IMG/VR virus record: IMGVR_UViG_3300022872_000001
Coordinates: 64,001-128,000 of that record
Length of the DNA: 64,000 bases
Direction: 5' to 3' (one strand)
From: a virus
Shown: positions 47,526-55,891 of the stretch, one piece after another
Layout of the letters: each line of letters opens with the position of its first letter
Position numbering within the stretch: position 1 is the stretch's first letter
Notes under the pieces: generated by a model
The model's input: the letters and a program-made list of their open reading frames with translations, nothing else
What the model was told of the DNA's origin: nothing
Database searches by the model: none
Program-made: the position numbers and the translations under genes

Positions 47526-49133
47526 ATGGCCGCAACACCCTTATTTTTAGCCACGGACGTAGGCTTAGCTGCTGCAAGTGTTGCAACCCCTACCGGACCG
47601 TTTGTAGAGATTGTAGCCTTCAAAATTGGTTCTGCCTACGGATACAGTCCAAGTCGCAGTGATACAGGCCTTAATGGGGCTACCCTGTACTCAGGGGTTC
47701 CCATCTCCTATCAGAATATTGGAGATAATACGATCAACATTATCCTCCAAATTCCGCCTGAGGCAGGCCCCTTTGATTTTGGTGAGGTAGGTGTTTATCT
47801 GCCTAATGATGTTATGTTTGGTAAGGCAGTATTCGATACCTTGCAGACGAAATTCTCATCATTAGGTACCAATCTTCTATCTACCTATACCTTCAACTGT
47901 TTGATCAAGTTGGAGCAATCGACTGCAATCTTCCAGATTACTACTGCATCTGGAATTCCTCCAGCAATTTGGGATGTGTACGCTTGGTCGGATGTTTATC
48001 CTCCAGGAGTATCCGCTAATCCAGATACCCCTGCAATATTGATACATGAATTGGATGTATTAAATAACTCGACACTGCTGCATAAAGCAAACGATGATAA
48101 ATGGACTTTGGGAACCAACTATGCGCGCTATGGTGAGCGTGCCGTGGTATCAGGTACAACGTCATCCGTGCAATTCGCCCAATCCCAATTCCCTGCGTCC
48201 CCGGTTAATTCGGTAAATAACCAATTCGTTCTGGAGTTTTCGGATGGCTTCTATCGCTCAGTCTCTAGCGTAGTTGTTGCCGGTTCAAATTATCAATTCA
48301 ATCTGAACCCGGCTCCTTTGCTGTCCTTGCCTACAGCAGGCGATATCGTAATGCTGCACAATAACAACGGTTATAGCTTCACTGCATTAACCGATGTGCC
48401 ATTAGCTACTCAAACCATTCAAGGGATTGCTGAGTTCTCGCATGGTTTACAAATAGTTAGTCCTGGGATAATTGCTGTTAATGGTTTGAATCATGACGCA
48501 CCTAACACTGGACGGTTATTAACGAGTTCAGATGACCTTAACACAGCCACACTGGCATCAGGTATATACACGGTAACAGGAGGTCAAGGGTACCCTGGTA
48601 ATTATCCTCCAATCGGTGCCTTACCCGGGGTCATTCACAATTCCAATACTCAGTCGGTATCAGGTAACGGATCGATTGTCCAGACCTGGTACCCCACAGG
48701 TACAGGGGGAGGGGATGGATCAGGTACAGGGGGTCAGCCTGTATATTTCAGAACATTGATTAGCGCAGGTAGTTGGAGTGCGTGGTTTCCTTTCACGATG
48801 CCGGGTAAGGTAGGTACAGGTGGTACTCGAACAGCTATTTTCTCTGGATTGGTTCAAAACTATTCCTATACCAATCCTCATACATCCCCAGGATTTTACT
48901 CATTTGCTATCAGCAGTCTATCCTCATCTGGCGGTAATACCTCAACTAATGCCATTCAGGGAGATTTGTATATAAATGGATTAGGTATTACCTTATTGGA
49001 TGATCATAGTGGCAATGGTTCACACGCTGATACTGTATGCTGCGTGGCGTACCCTGGTGAGAGTATGTACATAAATACGACAACGTACTTTGGATATCCC
49101 TGCTATCTCAACGTTACCGAAACACTTATTTAA
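47526..49133 (+). CDS. tail fibre protein (tail-collar/DUF3751-like N-terminus)
   Basis: TDVGLAAA...FKIGS...GPFDFGEVGVY; DDLNTATLASGIY...YFRT...WSAW fibre motif. Confidence 0.75.
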   Translation: MAATPLFLATDVGLAAASVATPTGPFVEIVAFKIGSAYGYSPSRSDTGLNGATLYSGVPISYQNIGDNTINIILQIPPEAGPFDFGEVGVYLPNDVMFGKAVFDTLQTKFSSLGTNLLSTYTFNCLIKLEQSTAIFQITTASGIPPAIWDVYAWSDVYPPGVSANPDTPAILIHELDVLNNSTLLHKANDDKWTLGTNYARYGERAVVSGTTSSVQFAQSQFPASPVNSVNNQFVLEFSDGFYRSVSSVVVAGSNYQFNLNPAPLLSLPTAGDIVMLHNNNGYSFTALTDVPLATQTIQGIAEFSHGLQIVSPGIIAVNGLNHDAPNTGRLLTSSDDLNTATLASGIYTVTGGQGYPGNYPPIGALPGVIHNSNTQSVSGNGSIVQTWYPTGTGGGDGSGTGGQPVYFRTLISAGSWSAWFPFTMPGKVGTGGTRTAIFSGLVQNYSYTNPHTSPGFYSFAISSLSSSGGNTSTNAIQGDLYINGLGITLLDDHSGNGSHADTVCCVAYPGESMYINTTTYFGYPCYLNVTETLI

Positions 49134-49142
49134 GGAACAGTA

Positions 49143-49730
49143 ATGACAGATCAATCAACTGAGGTAACGTCGGAAGTTACAACACCGAAGTATTTTCGGT
49201 ATAAGTACAATGCATTTTTTGTATTCACGGCAGCTATGGAAGCTACCGATAATACCACGGTAGTTGAGGGTACTTCGTTATGGGCTCCATATCCTGCTGC
49301 TACTGGTATGGATTCCTATTTCACAGGACACGGCTGGATTCAACTCAAGGCTTTTAGTCTCCTAACCGATGAAGTGTTCCTGTCGGCTAATACAGCATTG
49401 GCTGAATTGGATTTACAGAAAGGATTGGCAACCCTACAAGGTGCATATCCTGATGTTGAGGTGTCTACGTGGCCACGTCAAGAAGCAGATGCCATAGCCT
49501 ACCTAGCGGGTAGTCCGGCAACGGCATTCCTTTCTACTCTGGCTGCTTCAACCGGAGAGACAGTAGTTACCCTAGCTCCTAAGATTGTAGCTAAGGCTAA
49601 TGCCTACAACACACAATACGCAAACCTCTTGGGTGTCTACAAGACTGCTATTACCAACGTTACCGTTAGTGATACTTTGAAACAAAAGGTTCTCGGTAAT
49701 ATCCAATACCTACGCCATTTATTCAATTGA
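49143..49730 (+). CDS. tail fibre assembly chaperone-like protein
   Basis: Follows the fibre; YPDVEVSTWPRQEADA..Y...LA...LAPKIVAKA pattern. Confidence 0.65.
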   Translation: MTDQSTEVTSEVTTPKYFRYKYNAFFVFTAAMEATDNTTVVEGTSLWAPYPAATGMDSYFTGHGWIQLKAFSLLTDEVFLSANTALAELDLQKGLATLQGAYPDVEVSTWPRQEADAIAYLAGSPATAFLSTLAASTGETVVTLAPKIVAKANAYNTQYANLLGVYKTAITNVTVSDTLKQKVLGNIQYLRHLFN

Positions 49731-49732
49731 TC

Positions 49733-50251
49733 ATGAAACATAAACTCCAAGCCTCTATCGAGTATCCGGCAATCTGGGACGCCGAGCGTGGTATGTATGT
49801 ATGGGCTATTCCAGATAGTAAATCTATGTTATCCCTAACAGGGCTATTGGCTAACGCGCCTTTCAAAACTAAGGACGGTACGGAGTTACACTGCACTATC
49901 CTGCATTGTAAACCAGGAACTACTCTTCCGGACTATCGATCAATCACACTTCCTGAGGATAAACCTCGGTACGGTTCTGTAGTTGGCGTTCTCCATTGGA
50001 TCGATCACAAGCAACGCGATATCTTTGTATTTGATATTAAGTCAGATGACTTAAGCGAGGTTCATGATCAATTGGTATCCGTAGGTTTTCAACACTCGCA
50101 TCCTGACTTCAATCCTCATATGTCCATAGGCAAAGAACTGGAATTAGATACAGCACAGCGTATTTGGTTTAAAACCATGAATGAGAAATTGAATAACACT
50201 CCTATTGAAATTACTTTCAATTCAGAGTTATACGCAACTTCCTTAGAGTAG
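49733..50251 (+). CDS. acb1: Acb1-like 2H phosphodiesterase (T4 gp57B family)
   Basis: Two HxT/S motifs (LHCTI, PHMSI); GMYVWA and KSDDLSEVH..L...G..H...DFNPH track the T4 57B GLYVAA / DSEYL..RH..A...G..H.FDDYTPH pattern. Confidence 0.7.
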   Translation: MKHKLQASIEYPAIWDAERGMYVWAIPDSKSMLSLTGLLANAPFKTKDGTELHCTILHCKPGTTLPDYRSITLPEDKPRYGSVVGVLHWIDHKQRDIFVFDIKSDDLSEVHDQLVSVGFQHSHPDFNPHMSIGKELELDTAQRIWFKTMNEKLNNTPIEITFNSELYATSLE

Positions 50252-50260
50252 GTAGACGTG

Positions 50261-50301
50261 AAAAAGCCCGGTTATCTTAATTGATAACCGGGCTTTTTTT
50301 T
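50261..50301. terminator. bidirectional Rho-independent terminator
   Basis: AAAAAGCCCGGTTATC-ttaatt-GATAACCGGGCTTTTTTTT between convergent gene blocks. Confidence 0.9.
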
Positions 50302-50330
50302 GGCTATACCTAAACTGGAACTAATTCCAA

Positions 50331-51251
50331 TTAGGCATATGTACCTTCATCCAGGGACAATTCTGGAATGTCTGCTGCAACCAAAGCACGGAAGGTTGGA
50401 TCAGCAGCCGAGCCACTACCTGGACCGGCAAACACAGTGTTAGCTGTTTGTGTAGCCAAGGAAACGGCCAGGGTTCCTGAAGTAGTGATTGGCGAACCAG
50501 TCACAGACAAGAACGATGGCACCGACATCGCCACCGAAGTAACCGAGCCAGTTCCCAGACCTGAAATCAACGCTTCAACTTGACCCAGATTGGTAGCTTC
50601 ACCGCTGGTAGTAGCAGTCGCAACAGTAAGTGGAACGCTGAAGGTAGTTGCACCTGCAACAGTACCACCTGTGGTCAGATCCAAGGCGTTGACATCACTG
50701 GAGGTCAGAACAACGGCACCAACCTGACCATTAACGCTTGACACCGCATTTTGAGCTTGCAAGCGCTCGTATGCTGTACCGTCCGACAGGACCCAGTCAC
50801 CAACTGCCAGTGTCAGACCTTGTTGGGTACCTGCTGCTGAAACAACCCAGTAGTTACCCTTGTTGGTAGTAGCTGCTGGCAAGGCCGGCGTATTGGTTGC
50901 GGCATTGTAAGTACCTTGGTAATCTAGTGCACCCAAAACAGCAGGTGGCAGATTACTTGTGGAGATCAAACCATTGACATCCAACGGAGCAACACCGTAG
51001 GTACCAATATCAGCAGCACCCAGAGTAATCGAGGTACCTGTCTTGCTGTTAATCGATTGAACCGCAGTACCTGCAGCAACTACAGCAGCAGCCGATGCGA
51101 TGGTATCAATAGCACCTGTACTGTCTTGGATAAAAATCTTCTTATCCGCAGTATTGATTGCAATCTGACCAACGCCCAATTGCAGAGCTGTTGGAACTGC
51201 ACCAGGTACAGCAGACCGCATGTGAATGAGTTTATTGCTAGTTAATGCCAT
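50331..51251 (-). CDS. fibre/appendage structural protein
   Basis: LGVGQIAINTADKKIF N-terminal fibre motif; VSSVNGQVGAV and GSVTSVA repeats; ends DEGTYA. Confidence 0.7.
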   Translation of the reverse strand: MALTSNKLIHMRSAVPGAVPTALQLGVGQIAINTADKKIFIQDSTGAIDTIASAAAVVAAGTAVQSINSKTGTSITLGAADIGTYGVAPLDVNGLISTSNLPPAVLGALDYQGTYNAATNTPALPAATTNKGNYWVVSAAGTQQGLTLAVGDWVLSDGTAYERLQAQNAVSSVNGQVGAVVLTSSDVNALDLTTGGTVAGATTFSVPLTVATATTSGEATNLGQVEALISGLGTGSVTSVAMSVPSFLSVTGSPITTSGTLAVSLATQTANTVFAGPGSGSAADPTFRALVAADIPELSLDEGTYA

Positions 51252-51280
51252 AATGATGCTCCTAAATTAAGAAAAAGAAA

Positions 51281-51610
51281 TTAGGCATAAGTGCCTTCAT
51301 CCGTGAACCCACCTACTACTTGCCATGCTCCGTCACTACGCACATAGCCATTACCATCTATCGGAGCTTCCGGAATACCACCACCTGACGTATCTGCAAC
51401 CCAGGTAACAAGATCCGATTGAAGTACATACGTTATTCCCGTATCTACCGCCCGTGCCGCCATACCTGCCTCTAATCGCAAAGGTGATATGGAGGCTAAT
51501 TCAGATTGAGATGCAACAGATATCCAACCACCCTTCCCGTATTCAGCATGGTGCGTCGGGAATGATCCATTATTTATGGGTACAAGATCACTAATAATTT
51601 CAATAGACAT
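51281..51610 (-). CDS. small structural/appendage protein
   Basis: EAPIDGNGYVRSDGAW motif; ends DEGTYA like its neighbour. Confidence 0.6.
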   Translation of the reverse strand: MSIEIISDLVPINNGSFPTHHAEYGKGGWISVASQSELASISPLRLEAGMAARAVDTGITYVLQSDLVTWVADTSGGGIPEAPIDGNGYVRSDGAWQVVGGFTDEGTYA

Positions 51611-51619
51611 GATCGCCTC

Positions 51620-52318
51620 TTATGCGTCCGTTACGGTTACATCTATCGCCCCCAACCCAGCATTATCAGATTCATACACATAGTAATTAAATGTTCCTTG
51701 TGGCGTAATTACGGGAACATCACCCTTGAGTACAAAGCCTCCAGTAAATCCATTAACTGCAAAATTGGATAAACCAAAGCTGTCTGGATAGCAGTAATAA
51801 ACCTTTTGACCATTCCCGGCTGTGGCAGAGAAGGAACGGTTCTTCACTCCCTGAACTGCGGTCAATGAGAGAACGAAGGCACTGTTATAAACTGAGGGAG
51901 GAGTCGCAGATCCATAATAGAAAGATTCAGCATAAAGATCATTCTGAACCTTCACTGTATAAATCTGAATTCGTGCCCTGTTGCTTGTGGTATTGGCCAA
52001 TACAAAACTAGCCAACGTCGAATCATATACAAGCATTTTGCTGATATTGATAACTACAAAATTACCATTTGCATCCGTGCCATTTAGAGTCAATGGCTCA
52101 CTTGTGGTAATAACCAAAGTGTTAATGGTTTCATTTGGATTCGAATGATATATACCATTAGCAATTAAATCTACGCTCTCTTTTACCGTAATCGAATTGT
52201 CTGCTACGTAGAGTGAATTCGCAGTTCCCATCGATTGCTGCAATTGATTAACACCTCTGGACACTTCCAGTTTCACACGCATGGAAGCACTGGGATATAC
52301 TGGAGCCGTGATAGCCAT
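51620..52318 (-). CDS. beta-rich hypothetical structural protein
   Basis: 232 aa in the minus-strand cassette. Confidence 0.6.
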   Translation of the reverse strand: MAITAPVYPSASMRVKLEVSRGVNQLQQSMGTANSLYVADNSITVKESVDLIANGIYHSNPNETINTLVITTSEPLTLNGTDANGNFVVINISKMLVYDSTLASFVLANTTSNRARIQIYTVKVQNDLYAESFYYGSATPPSVYNSAFVLSLTAVQGVKNRSFSATAGNGQKVYYCYPDSFGLSNFAVNGFTGGFVLKGDVPVITPQGTFNYYVYESDNAGLGAIDVTVTDA

Positions 52319-52524
52319 TACCGCTTCCTTTTGATAAAATGTTCATACTCATTTCTGCAGGCTGGATCACAAAAATTACGATCCGTAAGAGGCTCCTCAC
52401 ATTTATGGTTATAACAAAAACCTTTAAACCTGAGCCCGCCTTTAGCTGCTTCGAGTCGTACCAATTCAACATACAATTCTGTTTGTTTTTCGGCCAACTC
52501 TGAGCCTGCATCAATTACGTCCAT
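52318..52524 (-). CDS. TraR/DksA-like C4 zinc-finger protein
   Basis: MDVIDAGSE N-helix; CYNHKC...FCDPAC. Confidence 0.55.
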   Translation of the reverse strand: MDVIDAGSELAEKQTELYVELVRLEAAKGGLRFKGFCYNHKCEEPLTDRNFCDPACRNEYEHFIKRKR

Positions 52525-52559
52525 TGAGTATTTCTCCATTCGAAAATTTAGATTGTTAA

Positions 52560-52862
52560 TTACTTCTCGCCATAAGCCTTATGCAATGCATCCTTGGCGC
52601 CTTCAAGTCTTGATTTATCCGCATCTGAGAGATTCTCACCTCCCCGATTTATGTAAAAATTGAGACGAGACATAGCTTGTTTGAGATCCTTAGATTTAGC
52701 CTTTAAGCCACTAGCAATGGAAGATGCTGACCCATTCCAGAAACCTTCGGGGAAATCTCCTTTTTCTGCTGGAGTCTTTTTGTCTTCCTTCTTCTGAACA
52801 GGTGCAATCCATTTGTCACCCGCAGCTTTAATACGGGTCATTGCTTCGATTTTGAATATCAT
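52560..52862 (-). CDS. DUF3175-like protein
   Basis: AMSRLNFYINRGGENL...LEGAKDAL. Confidence 0.65.
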   Translation of the reverse strand: MIFKIEAMTRIKAAGDKWIAPVQKKEDKKTPAEKGDFPEGFWNGSASSIASGLKAKSKDLKQAMSRLNFYINRGGENLSDADKSRLEGAKDALHKAYGEK

Positions 52863-52913
52863 AAGAACCTCTACTGTGTCATAAAATTGCGGGGATTGGT
52901 TTACACATAATTC

Positions 52914-53483
52914 TCAAATTAAACCAATTGATATGCCTTGTCCTGAATAAGGTGCGAAGAAGGTCGTATTGGCTAGGAAGTATGTTTGTGTTCCATCCCC
53001 ATAGTCATATTGGTATGTTAAAACCGACGAGTCTATAAGGGTAGACCCACTATAAATTCCAATAGAACGTCCGTTAAATACCCCATCTCCGTATGCAGAC
53101 CGAGTAATCCAGCATGTTTCTATGACGGTTACATATCCACTGTCAGGGTCACCTGTAGTTTCGGTGTAACTATACAAAGCGTTGGTTGTATAGCCTCCAA
53201 TTGAAGCTCCTGCTAGAGATCCGAACGTTTGATCTGAATAAGGAGGTCCGTCGAAGCCTCCTCCGTCACTGAATCCGTATGCAGCACCTCCACCATAGTT
53301 TTGAACGGATAGAGTGTTCAAAGTAAGGTACGATTTTCCTAGGAGACTCAGGATCGAGATCGCACCTGACGATATGCCGGCTAGGTTACGAACTGAAGTG
53401 TCATTGAGGGACATAGGGAGCCCTACCTGTGCCTCTGTGGCAATCTGTGACATGCTTAACGGAGGGCTTGCTGGTAGTGTCAT
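52914..53483 (-). CDS. fibre-tip adhesin-like protein
   Basis: MTLPASPPLSMSQIATE...SLND..VRNLAG..SGAISI..LLGKS N-terminus followed by a Gly/Tyr/Ser-rich region. Confidence 0.6.
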   Translation of the reverse strand: MTLPASPPLSMSQIATEAQVGLPMSLNDTSVRNLAGISSGAISILSLLGKSYLTLNTLSVQNYGGGAAYGFSDGGGFDGPPYSDQTFGSLAGASIGGYTTNALYSYTETTGDPDSGYVTVIETCWITRSAYGDGVFNGRSIGIYSGSTLIDSSVLTYQYDYGDGTQTYFLANTTFFAPYSGQGISIGLI

Positions 53484-53485
53484 TA

Positions 53486-53794
53486 CTATTCTCCTACAGG
53501 TGCAGGGCCTTGGGCTTCAGCTAGACAATGGCCTTTACCAAAGAGAAAATCAATAAACTTGGAAGCAGGAACTGCCCAGGCTTTACCTGCAATCAAAGCT
53601 AATCCTGTGCGCCGAGAAATGGTTTGTTGAGGAGGTCCACCAAAGCCTGAATTCCCACACTCATCAATGGCTATTGCCATGGATAGTGCGCGTGTTTCCG
53701 AACCAAATAGCGCCTGTAATAGCATCAATATGGATAGGATAGGCAAAACTAACATACAGAATATCCATAACAAAACCAGTCGATATCTACTCAT
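53486..53794 (-). CDS. membrane protein (possible holin-like)
   Basis: N-terminal hydrophobic helix; D..GN...GG....TISRR.G...ID.LF...HC. Confidence 0.5.
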   Translation of the reverse strand: MSRYRLVLLWIFCMLVLPILSILMLLQALFGSETRALSMAIAIDECGNSGFGGPPQQTISRRTGLALIAGKAWAVPASKFIDFLFGKGHCLAEAQGPAPVGE

Positions 53795-53817
53795 ACGTTT
53801 CTCCTTGAGATAAAAGA

Positions 53818-53851
53818 ATTCGCCATGTTAAAATAAATTAACATGGCGAAT
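53818..53851 (-). terminator. probable terminator hairpin
   Basis: Perfect 14-bp inverted repeat ATTCGCCATGTTAA / TTAACATGGCGAAT, followed by TCTTTT on the minus strand. Confidence 0.7.
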
Positions 53852-53863
53852 ATTTATTAAAGA

Positions 53864-54316
53864 TCAGGTACTCGGTGTAGCAACCACGGTAGGCCAAGTG
53901 AAGGCGGGTATCATTGCCACAGCCTGGGCAGGTGTAGGCATAGGATTGGTACCTGCATTGACCGTAGCCAAATAGGCATAGCATGCAGCCCAGGTCAAGG
54001 ACATCCAAATCTGGAGGGCGTTACCTTCAAGACGAAACTTCTCGCACAAGGCAAAGTTAGGATCGGTGGAAGCAACTACCGCGGCAGGCGCAGCGTAGGC
54101 GCAGGCTGACTTGATATCGTCGTAACCATGGGATTGCGCCATTGTATCAAGAGCAGCTTGAATCTCTGTTTGCACGGAGGCTATTGCTGCGGCAGGATTG
54201 AGAACCCAGGCACCATTAGTCCAAACATAGTCCGTACCTGGGCGAGTTGGAACTTGCAGATCATTACCTACTTGATCGCCTTCGTAGTAGTTGCCATTGC
54301 TGTCGATATAACCCAT
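53864..54316 (-). CDS. tail fibre assembly (Tfa-like) protein
   Basis: YYEGD...VPTRPG..YVW.NGAWV...LD..AQ..GYDDIKSAC.YA. Confidence 0.7.
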   Translation of the reverse strand: MGYIDSNGNYYEGDQVGNDLQVPTRPGTDYVWTNGAWVLNPAAAIASVQTEIQAALDTMAQSHGYDDIKSACAYAAPAAVVASTDPNFALCEKFRLEGNALQIWMSLTWAACYAYLATVNAGTNPMPTPAQAVAMIPAFTWPTVVATPST

Positions 54317-54343
54317 TTGTTACTCCTTAAAAATTGAATGAAA

Positions 54344-55870
54344 TTAGAAATTACGGTTAACGTTTATAGCTAATTGTCCAGATGTTATGGTAGTACCTGA
54401 TACCGTGGTGGTAGATTGATTCGTTATCATGGAACTTATTACCGCTACTGCTGAGGTATTTCTCGATATGCCTGAAGTAGAATTGTAGGGCCATGCTCCG
54501 TTGTACGTCTGGGAGTTTTCATACCAAGGATAGTTAACGGCTGTTCGAACCATGAGTTTGGTATTGTAAAACTCTATAGGTAATCCGAGATTATGGCTAA
54601 ACGTGTATGTCGTACTCGCCGCAAATGTGGTTGGATTAGCTACGCTACTATACTTGCCGTTTAAGGCATAATTAACTACCGAGGAGACCGCGGCGGCTCC
54701 AGTAACCGCTTGCCCTACGTAGGTGCGATTCTTCGCAGTAAACGTTGGATTAGTTCCCGATACGGTAGACGCTGCACTAACCTGGTACATCGTCATTTGA
54801 GGAATACTAAACCAGTCACTCGCATATCCTTGAGTAGCCACATTAGATAAGGTTGTTTGCGGCGTGAATGTTATTCCAGCAGGGTGTTTGCAGTAAGGAA
54901 GGAATTCAAAACCTTGGATTGAGCCAGAGAAAAAGTTGGAAGGTGTAGTTACTGAATTTGCTCCTACACTTATATTGGAAACGGGACAAATGATACTAGT
55001 GCTGGTTATCGTTAAAGCTGAATCAGCTACGCCATTCAGATAGGTGTAATACTTACCTGTTACGGCATCATAGGTGAGCTCTAGGTCATAGGTTGTTCCA
55101 TTAACCAGCGTAGAAGTGCCAACTACCGCATTTGCAATATCCCAAGAAGAACCTGTTGAACTCAGGTAAAGATCTAATTTGCTTGATGATATGTATAACG
55201 TAGCTCCGTATCCTGTAAAATACCCTGCGTTGAATATGGTAGAAGTAGTACCTACCGCGGTTGGTATGAACTTGCAACGCAAAGTCCAACCTGCACTACC
55301 TAAAGTTGTGAATGCAGCAGAGCGTATATAGGAGGTCGTACCGTTAAACACTCCCATGTAAGTACCAGCAATTGCTGGACTGGAGTTACTAAAAGTTACC
55401 GCTGTATTAATCCATGAATTACCAAAGTCATCCAAGTTGGTATTGTTCAATGACAGGCAGGATTGGGCTGCCATATTATACGCATAGCCATACTGCGGTA
55501 ATGCCAACGAGGATCCCCAGGTAACCGAGGTAGCGCTTACCCAATCCTGAGATACAAACGATAGGTTAGTAGCCGGCAAAGTAACTGCGCCTGCAACGTC
55601 CGCACTCAGGGTGGCGATATAGTCCTGAACTCCAGCTGCGAAGGCTGTCTTCATTGGGACCGTGGTCGCCGCCAGATTAAGCGTTAACCCTGTACCTGCA
55701 CTCAACATGTTGGCATAGCCTGAATTATTAACAGCACCATACTGGACTGTCTGTCTAACCTGAGGAGCATTCTGCCCGCTAACCATACCGTTAGCATCAA
55801 ATACTAGTGATGCAGTACCATTAACTAGCAAACTTCCTTGAGTGGAACTCGGTGATAAAGTGACCGTCAT
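54344..55870 (-). CDS. LamG/ConA-like fibre or adhesin paralog 1 (LamG type A, C-terminus X)
   Basis: Shared N-domain PQYGY.Y; LDDFGN; YDLELTYD...YLNG LamG pattern. Confidence 0.75.
   Translation of the reverse strand: MTVTLSPSSTQGSLLVNGTASLVFDANGMVSGQNAPQVRQTVQYGAVNNSGYANMLSAGTGLTLNLAATTVPMKTAFAAGVQDYIATLSADVAGAVTLPATNLSFVSQDWVSATSVTWGSSLALPQYGYAYNMAAQSCLSLNNTNLDDFGNSWINTAVTFSNSSPAIAGTYMGVFNGTTSYIRSAAFTTLGSAGWTLRCKFIPTAVGTTSTIFNAGYFTGYGATLYISSSKLDLYLSSTGSSWDIANAVVGTSTLVNGTTYDLELTYDAVTGKYYTYLNGVADSALTITSTSIICPVSNISVGANSVTTPSNFFSGSIQGFEFLPYCKHPAGITFTPQTTLSNVATQGYASDWFSIPQMTMYQVSAASTVSGTNPTFTAKNRTYVGQAVTGAAAVSSVVNYALNGKYSSVANPTTFAASTTYTFSHNLGLPIEFYNTKLMVRTAVNYPWYENSQTYNGAWPYNSTSGISRNTSAVAVISSMITNQSTTTVSGTTITSGQLAINVNRNF
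54411..54562. repeat. 152-bp exact direct repeat, copy 1 (copy 2 at 55965-56116)
   Basis: Base-by-base identity read from the sequence. Confidence 0.92.
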
Positions 55871-55891
55871 TATCATTACTCCCTGTGATTC

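Noticed and set aside
1683-49730. Numerous short antisense or nested ORFs from the six-frame track
   Set aside because: They overlap well-supported genes on the opposite strand or in another frame and show no recognisable motifs
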